Positions 47,477 to 59,076 of a stretch of 64,000 bases of DNA are shown here, in pieces. Every line of letters starts with the position of its first letter. Position 1 is the first letter of the stretch. The stretch lies in assembly GCF_032191835.1 (NCBI RefSeq), contig NC_083230.1, forward strand, positions 130,758,001-130,822,000. The letters run 5' to 3'. The notes under the pieces are model-generated. The model was not told where the DNA came from and searched no databases. It saw only the letters and a list, made by a program, of their open reading frames with translations. The DNA is from Heteronotia binoei. Lineage: Eukaryota. The position numbers and the translations under genes were made by a program.

Positions 47477-48457
47477 TGTATGTAAGTATGTATGCATACT
47501 AGTATGTATGTATGCATATAAGTATGTATATATGTATGCATGTCTGTAAGTATGTATGTATGTTAGTATGTATTTAAGTATGTATGTAAGTATGCACATA
47601 AGTAAGTATCTACCTTGAGCCCATTTATGGGAAAAGACGAAATATAAGCCTACTAAATAAATAAATAAATATGTATGTATGTGTGTGTGTATGTAAGTAT
47701 GTATATTTGTATGTATGTATATATGTAAGTATATGTATAGCTCTGTTACTTAGTACAGAATTTTATCACATGAACACAAAACTTTGGGCATTTTCCTGGA
47801 GAGAGTTGGATTCTCGTCTGAAAAACGTTCCTCCAAGCAGACCTCATCCATGGAAAGTGTTGATCTATCAAAGAGGGAAGAAATATTCTTATCCCATAAT
47901 TCTTTATAAAAAGGGCAATGGAAAAGACATGTCCCTGTGATTCTGCTTCACATGTAGTGCGGGGGGAAAGTCTTTCTGCATATGGGAGCTTTTTGTATTT
48001 CCCTTCTAGTGCAATTGACAGAATAGCCACGCATCTAGTCAGGGTAAATACTCTCCTATGAGAAGAAACATCTAACCAGCTAAGACATTGCGCCATAGTC
48101 ATAACACATCTAAGCTTCACGGGAGCCAGAAAGTCTGGTAACTGGGAAATGCTTAGAACTAAGCATTTGGAAAATTGAGCATAGGCTGTGCTCTCTACCA
48201 TGTCCATTTTTTTTCCCCATTCATTCTGTCCTTCTCCTTCCATATCCCCTTAATTCTTGGGCTTAGCTTATTTTGTATAGTGTGTGTTACTCATGTTCTA
48301 ATACCCTATTTCATATGTTTCAATTCGCCTGTTGAACCTGTGTCTTTCTTACTGCCTCAACATGTCCACTATGGCAAAAACAAACAAACAAACCACCAGA
48401 ATCCATATTGTCCCACAATTAGTAGCTGAAAAGGGAATACAAAACATCTCTGGTGCC

Positions 48458-49414
48458 TTAATTCATAGTATTGTGATGTTTCGCCTTTGCCTGGCTTTCT
48501 AGAACCTTCCGGAAGGCCTCTCTCATGTCCTTGTTCCGGAGGCTGTAGATGAGGGGGTTGACCATAGGGGGGATTATACAGAACATGATTGAGACCAGAG
48601 TGTCAATCTCTAAGGAATAACCAGCGCTTGGACGGTTATAGTTAAGCATTCCGTTTCCAAAATAAATGATGACAACAGTGACGTGAGAAGCACAGGTGGA
48701 GAAGGCTTTGCGCTTGGTGTTGGTGGAACGGATCTTCAAGATGGAAGACAGGATGAAGACATAGGAGAGAATGATGAAGAAGAAGGGACCCCCACCCACT
48801 AAAAAGCTTGAGATGTGGATTACAGAGTCATTGAAGTGTGCACTGTTGCAAGCAATTTTCAACAGTGGGGGGACATCACACAAGATGTGAGGAATCTGGT
48901 TGACTCCACAGAAGGACAACGTGGTGCTGAGCGCTGTATGGAGAGCGGAGTCTATGGTGCCCCAGATCCAAGTGGCCAAGGCTAGGATGGTGCACACCTT
49001 GGGGCTCATGAGGTGAGAGTAATGCAAAGGCTTGCAGATGGCAGCATAGCGATCATAGGCCATGACAGCCAACATGGCACCCTCTGTCCCTGAGAAAGTG
49101 AGTAAGAAGAATACCTGGGCCAGGCATTGGTTGTAGGTGATGGTTTGTTTCTGGCGCAAGAAGTTCACCAGAATCTTGGGGACTGTGACAGAGGACAGGC
49201 AAATGTCTAAGCTGGAGAGATGGCTGAGGAAGTAATACATGGGGGTACGGAGGCTGGGATCCAGTTGAATCAGAGTAAATATCATGAGGTTCCCCAGCAC
49301 GGTGACCAAGTAAATGGTTAGGAATGGCAGGAAGAGATAGATGTGGCTGTTTGGAATGCCGGAGAAACCCAGGAAGATAAACTCCACCACTCGTGTCCGG
49401 TTCTTCTCTCCCAT
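48458..49414 (-). CDS. Olfactory receptor, 318 aa - OR3
   Basis: MGEKNRT; canonical motifs are intact; the acceptor lies 18 nt upstream of the ATG. Confidence 0.96.
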   Translation of the reverse strand: MGEKNRTRVVEFIFLGFSGIPNSHIYLFLPFLTIYLVTVLGNLMIFTLIQLDPSLRTPMYYFLSHLSSLDICLSSVTVPKILVNFLRQKQTITYNQCLAQVFFLLTFSGTEGAMLAVMAYDRYAAICKPLHYSHLMSPKVCTILALATWIWGTIDSALHTALSTTLSFCGVNQIPHILCDVPPLLKIACNSAHFNDSVIHISSFLVGGGPFFFIILSYVFILSSILKIRSTNTKRKAFSTCASHVTVVIIYFGNGMLNYNRPSAGYSLEIDTLVSIMFCIIPPMVNPLIYSLRNKDMREAFRKVLESQAKAKHHNTMN

Positions 49415-52400
49415 TAAGAGTTGAGGAGTCACCTGTAAGATGGGAGGGGAGAAACAAGTGAAAGAAGACCTCTTGGCATGGCAAGCATATTTGAGATGCC
49501 TCTAGGCAGCTTGAAGTTCACAGTAATGTGGAAGATGTAAGCTCCTCGGGAGGGGTCATTTTGTAGAAAAATCGGTGATGGAGCTCATCCAGAGATTGTT
49601 ATGCAGCTGCGCCTACTATTCAATGGACAAGGAGGTGGAACTCTCAGAAGGAGGAGGTGGAATTCTCAGAAAGGTTCAGGAGCTGTGCTCCTGTTAGCTT
49701 CCACTGAATCTGAGGCCTGGTCCTTGGAATAGTGTCCCCCTGTGAGCCAGGAGCCGTGGTCTCCCAAAGATCCCCCATAACTTCCCACTTTGGACTGTCC
49801 GCTATGGGTGGTCATCTGCAATGGACTGCATTTCAAGTTCTAGCACTTAGCCAAATATTGCTAGGAATGGGGGCTTTCAGCCCAGAGACTAACACAGAGC
49901 CATGCATGAGACTCTGAATGCACATTTGAAATACACAGTAGTAGGCAGGAAGGCTACATTCCCAGTCACCCCCTCCAACTGACTAGGCTTCCCCACACTA
50001 AGAGGAAAACCCGGAGGCTGGGGGAAAAACCATTTTCCAAATGGAGGGTGGAAGAAGGACAACACAGTTCCTTCTTGGCCAGCATTACAAGATTCTGCAT
50101 GGGATAGAAAAGGTAGAGAAAAAAGTACTTTTCTCCCTTTCTCATAATACGAGAACTTGTGGGCACTCCATGAAATTGCTGAGCAGTCGGGTTAGAACGG
50201 ATAATAGTAAGTCCTTCTTCACTCAAAGGGTGATTAACACATACAATTCGCTGTCACAGGAGGTGGTGGCGGCTTCAAGCATAGACAGCTTCAAGAGAGG
50301 ATTGGAGAAGCATATGGAGCAGAGGTCCATCAGTGGCTATTAGCCACAGCGTATTGTTGGAACTCTCTGTCTGGGGCAGTGATTCTTGGTGTTTGGGGTG
50401 GGGCACAGTGGGAGGGCTTCTAGCCCCACTGGTGGACCTTCTGATGGTGCTTGGGTTTTTTGGCCACGGTGTGACACAGAGTGTTGGACTGGATGGGCCA
50501 TTGTCCTGATCCAACATGGCTTCTCTTATGCTCTTATGTGACAGAGAGTGTTGGACTGGATGTGCCATTGGACTGATCCAACATGGCTTCTCTGATGTTC
50601 TTATGTTCTTAGTACTGCAAAGCAGCCACAACACGTTCGCAGCTGCAACCACGCCTCTGCCTACAGACTACTGCTGGCTCAGATGAAAGGAGGCTGCACC
50701 AACGAAGCCAGGGACTCATCAACAAGTCAATACCCAACATCGAGACTAGCTGCCGACTGGCCACACCCATTGTTTTCCCTTCCCTCCTTTTTGTTCTGCT
50801 AAAGTTCCCTAGAGGTGTCACAGGCAGTTAGTCTCTGGACTCCAAATTGTCACGTGGTAACAGAATCCCGGCCTTCATTGGTCCTCAGTGGGAACCAATC
50901 AACAGGGCTAAGATCAAATGTCCACTCCAATGAGGGCTACTGCCCAGTGGTCACTGCCCCTTTTGACTTCAAGTTCTGAATCTGACTATTTAAGGTCAAG
51001 TAAGTGGGTGTTCTGGGCCCCTCCCGGACCCCCTTATTGCCAGCAAAGGTTGCCCCAAGGCCGGTTCTTGCTGCCCCCCTTCCCTCCTGCCATGGCTGTT
51101 GAGATCTTCTCTTCTCTTTGGACAGGTAGTCGTATCACCCCGTGATTGATGCCTCAATCCTGCTAATGCAAATGTCCCTATCCAATTTTTCACTGAATAT
51201 TCCTAATTCTATTACGATGGTGTGAATGCTAGTGTAACTGTATGAGAACTTATTATTACTAAAAACACATTGAATTTTAGCAGCAATTCTCCTCAAATCG
51301 TTGGGTCTCTGGAGAATTTTGACACCCGCAGACTTAGGTCATTGATCCTGCTCTGGCTATTTGCCTATTAGTTTAATTCCCCAATTTGATGTCAGAGGCA
51401 ATTTGGCTAACACCCCCCCTTCCCAAATGGATATTGGATGTGTTACTGATTCATGAGTTCTGGTTCCTCCCTCCCTCCACCAAAGCTTTCCACCTCAGCA
51501 CCCCTCAATGATCTCTCTCAGCCCCACGCACATAAGAACATAAGAGAAGCCGTGTTGGATCAGGCCAATGGCCCATCCAGTCCAACACTGTGTCACACAG
51601 AGGCAAAAAAAAAAAAGTGCCATCTGGAGGTTCACAAGTGGGGCTAGAATCGCTTCCGCTCCTCCCACCCAAAAGCACGAAGAATACAGAGCATCACTGC
51701 CCCAGACAGTTCCAACAATATGCTGCGGCTAAGAGCCACTGATGGACCTCTGCTCCATATTTTTATCCAGTCCCCTCGTGAAACTGGCTATGCTTGTAGC
51801 TGCCACACCTCCTGTGGCCGTGAATTCCACATGTTAATCACCCTTTGGGTGAAGAAGGACTTTCTTTTATCAGTTCTAACCCGACTGCTCAGCAATTTCA
51901 TGGAGCGCCCACGAGTTCTCATATTGTGAGAAAGGGAGAAAATCACTCCTTTCTCTACCTTCTGTATCCTGTGCATAATCTTGTAAACCTTTATCATGTC
52001 ACCCCGCAGTCAACGTTTCTCCAAGCTAAAGAGCCCGAAGCGTTTTCACCTTTCTTCATAGGAAAAGTGTTTGTTGTGGGGAAAAAGATAAAGGAGATTG
52101 TAAGCCGCTCTGAGTCTCTGATTCAGATAAAAGGGAGGGGTATAAATCTGCGGTCTTCTTCTCCTTCTTCCTCAGGGCTGGCCCTGCCATGAGTAGGCAA
52201 ACTAGGTGACTGCCTAGTGCAGGGGTGGGGAACAGTGGCTCTCCAGATTTTTTTTGCCTACAACTCCCATCAGCCCCAGCCAGCATGGCCAATGGCTGGG
52301 GCTGACGGGAGTTGTAGGCAAAAAGCACCTGGAGAACCACTATTCCCCACCCATGGGCTAGTGACTTGGTTATGTTATCAGTGTGTGTGTGGGGGGGGGG

Positions 52401-53835
52401 CGTGCCAGAAGTTAAGCCTTGACTAGGGTGCCAGATATTCTTGGCCCATCCCTGGGTCTCCCCCTTGCAAAAAGACTGTGTCTTTGTTCTCCCCATCCTG
52501 CATCTACCTGCTTCCTTTGAACAAAGTCTGAGTTCAGCGGAACCTTTAAGACCAAGAACATCTTATTCTGGGGATATGCTTTGTTGTGCATACACAAAAA
52601 AGGTTAACCTCAGAATAAAACGTTGTTGGTCTTAAAGGTGCCCCTCGACCCTCACTTTGTTCTGCTGCTTCAGACCAACACGGCAACAAGCAACACAGTA
52701 CATTGCAGGGAAAAAAGCAACAGACAACTGTGTATATACCCAATAAAGAATTTAGAAACCAATTTAGAAAAGTCTCTGTTTGTTCTTCCAGGATACCTCA
52801 TAGACAGTGCAAAATCTATTTCCAAAGGGGATAGGTTCCTCAATAGAAGTGTGTTCATCCAATTCTCTTAAGGTATTCCAATTCCAATTCCTATACAGAA
52901 AAGTTCATTTGAGACATGCAGTCACAGTCTTTCAGCATTTACTGTGTGGAATCAAAATATTGGCACCAAAGGATTCTTTCTTCTCCTGATGTGCCAGTCG
53001 CCTAATGGATCATGTTTCGCACAGAAATGCTTTTTCATAGAGCCATTCTCTTCTGTAATATCAGTCTATTGACATCAAGCTAAGACTTCTTCATGAAATT
53101 CATATTAGGCTCAAAGAGCTCTGTCACAGAGCCATGAACATATGAACATATACTGAATCAGACTCTCAGTCCATCCAAGTCAGTCTTGTCTCCTCAGACT
53201 GGCAGTGGCTCTCCAGGGTCTCAAGCTGAGGTTTTTCACTCCTATTTGCCTGGACCCTTTTTAGTTGGAGATGCTGGGGATTGAACCTGGGACCTTCTGC
53301 TTACTGAGCAGATGCTCTACCCCTGAGCCACCATCCCTCCCTCACTGAGCCAGTTTGGAGTAGTGGTTAAGTGTGCAGACTCTCATCAGGGAGAACCAGG
53401 TTTGATTCCCCACTCTTCCACGTGCAACTTGATTGCATTAATTTAAGCTGCCAAAGCCGCAAAACCACAATCTGTCACCCTTTGCTCTTGGTGTGTTCTG
53501 TAATCTCAGGGGAAACGCTATGTGGACTCCATTCCATTCTACTGAATGTTTTTTTAAGAAAAACCTGAACAAACCATTGCTCAGTATGACGAAGTAGGAG
53601 TCAAGTAGAACCTTTAAGACCAACAAAGTTTTATTTGGATTTTAAGCTTTCGTATGCCTGCACACTTTTCAGAAAAGGGAATGGGGTACAGACTGAGATA
53701 GCTCAGTATGGTTCACCTGGAGTGGCTGTTTTGTCAGCCAAGGGGCTCGAGAAGCCCACCCGTTTCTGCCTGCCCTTTGAGAAGGGAACTACTCAGCATC
53801 TAGAAATACTGTTGGCTGGGGAAAGCTGCTACTCA

Positions 53836-54229
53836 CCTTTGCACGCAGACGACAAGTCAAGGTAGGAGTCCTCCTGCTTCTCTTCCGCCTCCTTCTCTGG
53901 GCTTTTGGTCCCTGCTTCTCCTGTTTGCAAGATCAGTTTAGCCTAAAGTTGTCATGATGTTACTGCATGGGAGCCCCAAGATGTGGAACCTACACAGGGT
54001 CTCGAAAGCCTGTCTCCTCTGCCAGTGTGAAGTCTCTGGTGCTGTGGAGCAGTCAGAGCTATACCAAACTGATGCTGCCCGGGAGAGCAGAATTCTGTTC
54101 TTGGACGAGGGTCCTTTGGGGATGATCCTGGATTGGAGGCCTTCAGGGAATGACGTGTAGTGGCTGGGAGCTCAGGGGATTTGCCTGGGTCGTGTCTCAC
54201 ATTGTCAGGGGAGAGAAAGATAATTTATA
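53836..54229 (-). promoter_or_regulatory. Putative OR3 promoter/5' non-coding exon
   Basis: TATAAAT at 54229-54223 and AAG|GTGAGT donor (GT at 53836-53835). O/E-like TTCCCCAGGGA at ~54650. Confidence 0.5.
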
Positions 54230-56971
54230 CCCAGAGGCACGTCCAGAACATGGCATCATGCTGTGGGCTGGAGTAGTGATTTTGTCCTCAGCTTTATCAC
54301 CCAACCTATTCCCTGGTCTGAATTTCTGGTCTGTGCAATTTGCCTGGTCCTAGTAAAATGTATGATATGGGGTTCTATTCTGGGCTTCTGAATTCTTGTG
54401 GCCAGGTGAACTGCTAACAGGGATTCAGACCTGCAAATGGAGTCTCTTTTAAAAAGTGTTGCAGGAGATGTGCCTTTCTTTCCAGCCATCCTTGCATGTA
54501 TCCAAGATGGCAGCCGCATGGGAAGATGTGCACATTTTCTGGCGTGTCACTCCAGGCCCTGTTAGATTTATGCCAGAGAATCCGTGGTGTTTCCAAAAAG
54601 GACTTATTTTAAACATAAAGCAGAGCAACTTTCTCCCTTGGAGTTCCCTTTCCCCAGGGATTTTTTTGTTGGATGGAAGGTATGGACAATGCAAGATGTC
54701 TTAAAGCAAGCTTGCAGAATTTGGAGGGAGTAATAGAACTAGAAGGTCAGTTTGGTGTAGTGATTAAGAGCATGGACTCTGATCTGGGAGAACTGGGTTT
54801 GATTCCCGACTCCTCCACATGCACCTGCTGAGTGACTCTGAGTTAGCCACAGTCCTTGAAAGAGCTCTCTCAGCCTCACAGCGTGTGTGTTGTGGGGAGT
54901 GGAAGGGAAAGCAGAGGTGCAGTGAGGTGCAGAGTATAAATCCAATATCCTCCAATCCAATATCCAATATCCTCCAATCCAATATAAATCCAATATCCTC
55001 CTCCTCCTCTTCTTCATCAGACTGGTCTTGGCAGTAGGATCTACGGGTCTTAGTGGACCATACGCTGAGCATGAGTCAGCAGTGTGATGCAGTTTGATGG
55101 AGTGGCTAAAAAGGCCAGTGCGATTCTGGGCTGTATCGACAGAAGTCTAGTGTCCAGATCACGTGAAGGGATGGTGTCGCTTTACTGGTAAGACCTCAGC
55201 TGGAGTCTCATGTTCAGTTTTGGGCACCACATTTTAAGAAGGATCTAGACAAGCTGGAAGGGGTCCAGAGGAGGGCAACGGAGATGGTGAGGGGTCTGGA
55301 GACCAAGTCCTATGAGGCAAGGTTGAAGGAGCTGGGCCTGTTTAGCCTGGAGAGGAAGCGGCTGAGAGGTGATAGGATCACCATTTTCAAGGACTTGAAG
55401 GGCTGTCATCTAGAGGATGGGGTGGAATTTTCTGCAGCCCCAGAAGGAATTAGGTACTGTGCTAACACGACCCCTCTTCACACAGGCATCTTGTTTAGGA
55501 GACGGACTTTGGGGAAAGAAATGCGTCATTTTTCCTCGGATCGCTATGACTTTTCTATTGTAGCGTAGGGGAGCGGGGGTTTATAAGTTTACAAATAAAT
55601 AGATAATGATAATGGCTGGAAAACCAGTTCTCAGCCAGCCGGGGCATCAATTGGAGCGGCAAAGGCTCTGTTAAAACAGCATCTTTCTGAGACTGTGGGG
55701 AGTCCTGCCATACAGGGTGGCCCTCAAAAAATGCTGCCTTTGCCTAGTACAGAAGCTCCTTTGGGATTTCTTCTGCCCCTGGCGATGGGAGATATTCTGT
55801 GCCACCTCTTCCAGAGAGAGCGAGCTCTGTGTGTGCGCGAGTCAGTGGAAGCAGAAGCAGACAAGAGTCTCTGAGCGTCCTAAAGACAAGTTTTTATCAC
55901 ACCATCAGCTATTTCATCTCCCTCTGTTGTGTTTCTGGAGCGTATTTACAGCCAATGACTGTTAACAACCCCTTTACATACAGTCCGGGGTCGTTTTGTA
56001 GAAAAAGAGGTGGTGGAGCTCATCCAGGGATTGTGATGCAGCTGCACCTCCTATTCAATGGACAAGGTGGGAAGGAGGAGGCGGAAGCCTCAGAAAGGTT
56101 CACGAGCTCCGGCGGAACCCAAGGCCTGCATAGAGTAACAGGAGATTCAAGAAAGACGTGAGGCCCTTTCAGTTCCACCATGTGGGTTTTAAGGCACAGT
56201 AAATACATTATACCATTTGAAATATATGTTAAACACATTAAGATCATGCCAAAAAGAAAAGATCCGTATGTAAGTATGTATGCATACTAATATATGTATG
56301 TATGCATGAAAGTATGTATTTAAGTATGTATATAAGTATGTACATAATAAGTATCTGCCTTGAGCCCATTTATGGGAAAAGGTGAAATATAAGTCTACTA
56401 AATAAATAAATATGTATGTGTGTATGTAAGTATATAAGTATGTATGCATGTATGTATGTATAGCTCTGTTACTTAATACATAATTTTATCACATGAACAC
56501 AAAACTTTGGGAATTTTCCTGGAGAGAGTTGGATTCTCATCTGCAAAAGTTCCTCCAAGCAGACTTTATCCATGGAAAGTGTTGCTCTGTCAGAGAGGGA
56601 AGAAGTAATTTTATCCCGTAAATCCTTATAAAAAGGGCAATGGAAAAGACATGTCCCAGTGATTCCGCTTCACATGTAGTGCAGGGGAAAACTTTTTCTG
56701 CATTTCGGAGCTTTTTGTATTTCCCTTCCAGTGCCATTGACAGGATAGCCACGCTTCTAGTCAGGGTAAATACTCTCCTATGAGAAGAAACACCTAAACA
56801 GCTAAGGCATTGTGCCATAGTCATAACACATCTAAGCTTCACGAGAGCCAGAAAGTCTAGTGATGGGAAGATGCTTAGAAATGGACATTTGGCAAATGAT
56901 ATATAGGCTGTGCTCTCTACCATGTCCATTTTTTTTCACTCTTTCTGTCCTTCGCCTTCCATATCGCCTTC

Positions 56972-57917
56972 TGTGGAGGAACGCCATCTTTGTTAATGTT
57001 GGTGCTTCGTTGGAAGGGAACATTAAACTACTAAGGCAGGCTTTGGCCTGGCCTCCCTTCATCCCTCCTCCCTTCCAGAGTTAAACCAGCGCCTCCAGGG
57101 GGAAAGCCTCCTACAGGGGCAGGAAGTTCTTTAGCCTTCCCCTCATTGCCTCCCCCCTTCTGGAGTTAAACCAGCAACTCTAGGGGGAAAACCTCCTAGA
57201 GGGGCAGGAAGTTCTTTTGTTTTATTTATTTGAGTTAGGCGGGAAAAGGGCAGTTCTCAGCTGGCGCTCAAAGGAAGAGGTGGCCAGTGTGGGGGCTCCT
57301 GCCTGTGGGAGAGGCCTACTCAAGGGGAAAAGGACCCCAGGCAGGCAGACCGAGTAAGTCATCCACAAGGCAGGGCAAGTTTAGACCAGGGACAGTAGGA
57401 TGCGTTTAAATCCACCTTTTATTTGTCATGCTGGTTGCTGTGCGGGTGCTGTGCTGTGCTAAACTTTTACATGCAACTGTTTTTGTTTTGTTTTGTTTGT
57501 CTTTTCTTTTCTTTTTCTCTTTTAATTAAATATTTTTACTGTTTTGAATGCTGGCAGTCAAACTCTGTCCCACATAGATCCCCAACCGCTTTAGACCACA
57601 CTTTATGAAGGGGGCCCCGGGGAAAGGGGGAAGGCCTGTGGTTGGATAAGGTCCCAATCTTCCAGGGGTTCCCCGAAGAAGTGCTGTGGTCTCTGTGAAT
57701 CCAAAGTACAGGGTGGCAGAGGACCTTGAGGCCTGGCCTCAGAGCTGGAGAGGGGGATTGGGAGTCCTGTTCCTCCCAATCCGAACCCCTAAACTGAGCA
57801 GGTGGTGGCAGCGAGCCCAAGTGGCCGGAGGAGAAATAGCTCCCTCCAGGAGTTGGCAACTCAATACGGAGTTGACGGGACCGGGTCTGAAGGTAGAATC
57901 GGGCTGGTTCCGTCACA
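56972..57917 (-). mobile_element. Solo LTR (946 bp) ~200 bp downstream of the OR4 stop
   Basis: TG...CA termini; CCTTC TSD at 56967-56971 and 57918-57922. Confidence 0.92.
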
Positions 57918-58119
57918 CCTTCATTCTTGAGCTTAGCTTATTTTGTATAGTGTGTGTTACTCATGTTCTAATACCCCATTTCATATGTTTCAATTCGCCT
58001 GTTGAACCTGTGTCTTTCTTATTGCTTCAACATGTCCACTACAGCAAAAACAAACCACTAGAGTCCATATTGTCCCACAATTAGTAGCTCTAAAGGGAAT
58101 ACAAAATATCTCTGGTGCC

Positions 58120-59076
58120 TTAATTCATAGTATTGTGATGTTTCGCCTTTGTCTGGCTTTCTAGAACCTTCCAGAAGGCCTCTCTCACGTCCTTGTTCCG
58201 GAGGCTGTAGATGAGGGGGTTGACCATAGGGGGGATTATACAGAACATGGTTGAGACCAGAGTGTCAATCTCTAAGGAATAACCAGCGCTTGGACGGTTA
58301 TAGTTAAGCATTCCATTTCCAAAATAAATGATGACAACAGTGAGGTGAGAAGCACAGGTGGAGAAGGCTTTGCGCTTGGTGTTGGCGGAACGGATCTTCA
58401 AGATGGAAGACAGGATGAAGACATAGGAGAGAATGATGAAGAAGAAGGGACCCCCACCCACTAAAAAGCTTGAGATGTGGATTACAGAGTCATTGAAGTG
58501 TGCACTGTTGCAAGCAATTTTCAACAGTGGGGGGACATCACACAAGATGTGAGGAATCTGGTTGACTCCACAAAAGGACAACGTGGTGCTGAGCGCTGTA
58601 TGGAGAGCGGAGTCTAGGGCGCCCCAGATCCAAGTGGCCAAGGCTAGGATGGTGCACACCGTGGGGCTCATGAGGCGGGAGTAATGCAAAGGCTTGCAGA
58701 TGGCAGCATAGCGGTCATAGGCCATGACAGCCAACATGGCACCCTCTGTCCCTGAGAAAGTGAGTAAGAAGAATACCTGGGCCAGGCATTGGTTGTAGGT
58801 GATGGTTTGTTTCTGGCGCAAGAAGTTCACCAGAATCTTGGGGACTGTGACAGAGGACAGGCAAATGTCTAAGCTGGAGAGATGGCTGAGGAAGTAATAC
58901 ATGGGGGTACGGAGGCTGGGATCCAGTTGAATCAGAGTAAATATCATGAGGTTCCCCAGCACGGTGACCAAGTAAATGGTTAGGAATGGCAGGAAGAGGT
59001 AGATGTGGCTGTTTGGAATGCCGGAGAAACCCAGGAAGATAAACTCCACCACTCGTGTCCGGTTCTTCTCTCCCAT
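58120..59076 (-). CDS. Olfactory receptor, 318 aa - OR4
   Basis: Canonical motifs are intact; 10 aa differences from OR3. Confidence 0.96.
   Translation of the reverse strand: MGEKNRTRVVEFIFLGFSGIPNSHIYLFLPFLTIYLVTVLGNLMIFTLIQLDPSLRTPMYYFLSHLSSLDICLSSVTVPKILVNFLRQKQTITYNQCLAQVFFLLTFSGTEGAMLAVMAYDRYAAICKPLHYSRLMSPTVCTILALATWIWGALDSALHTALSTTLSFCGVNQIPHILCDVPPLLKIACNSAHFNDSVIHISSFLVGGGPFFFIILSYVFILSSILKIRSANTKRKAFSTCASHLTVVIIYFGNGMLNYNRPSAGYSLEIDTLVSTMFCIIPPMVNPLIYSLRNKDVREAFWKVLESQTKAKHHNTMN

Noticed and set aside
49053-49484. 143-aa ORF overlapping OR3 (and 58715-59146 on OR4) in another frame
   Set aside because: It is a shadow frame of the OR coding sequence, duplicated with the gene, and its ATG is in intron sequence.
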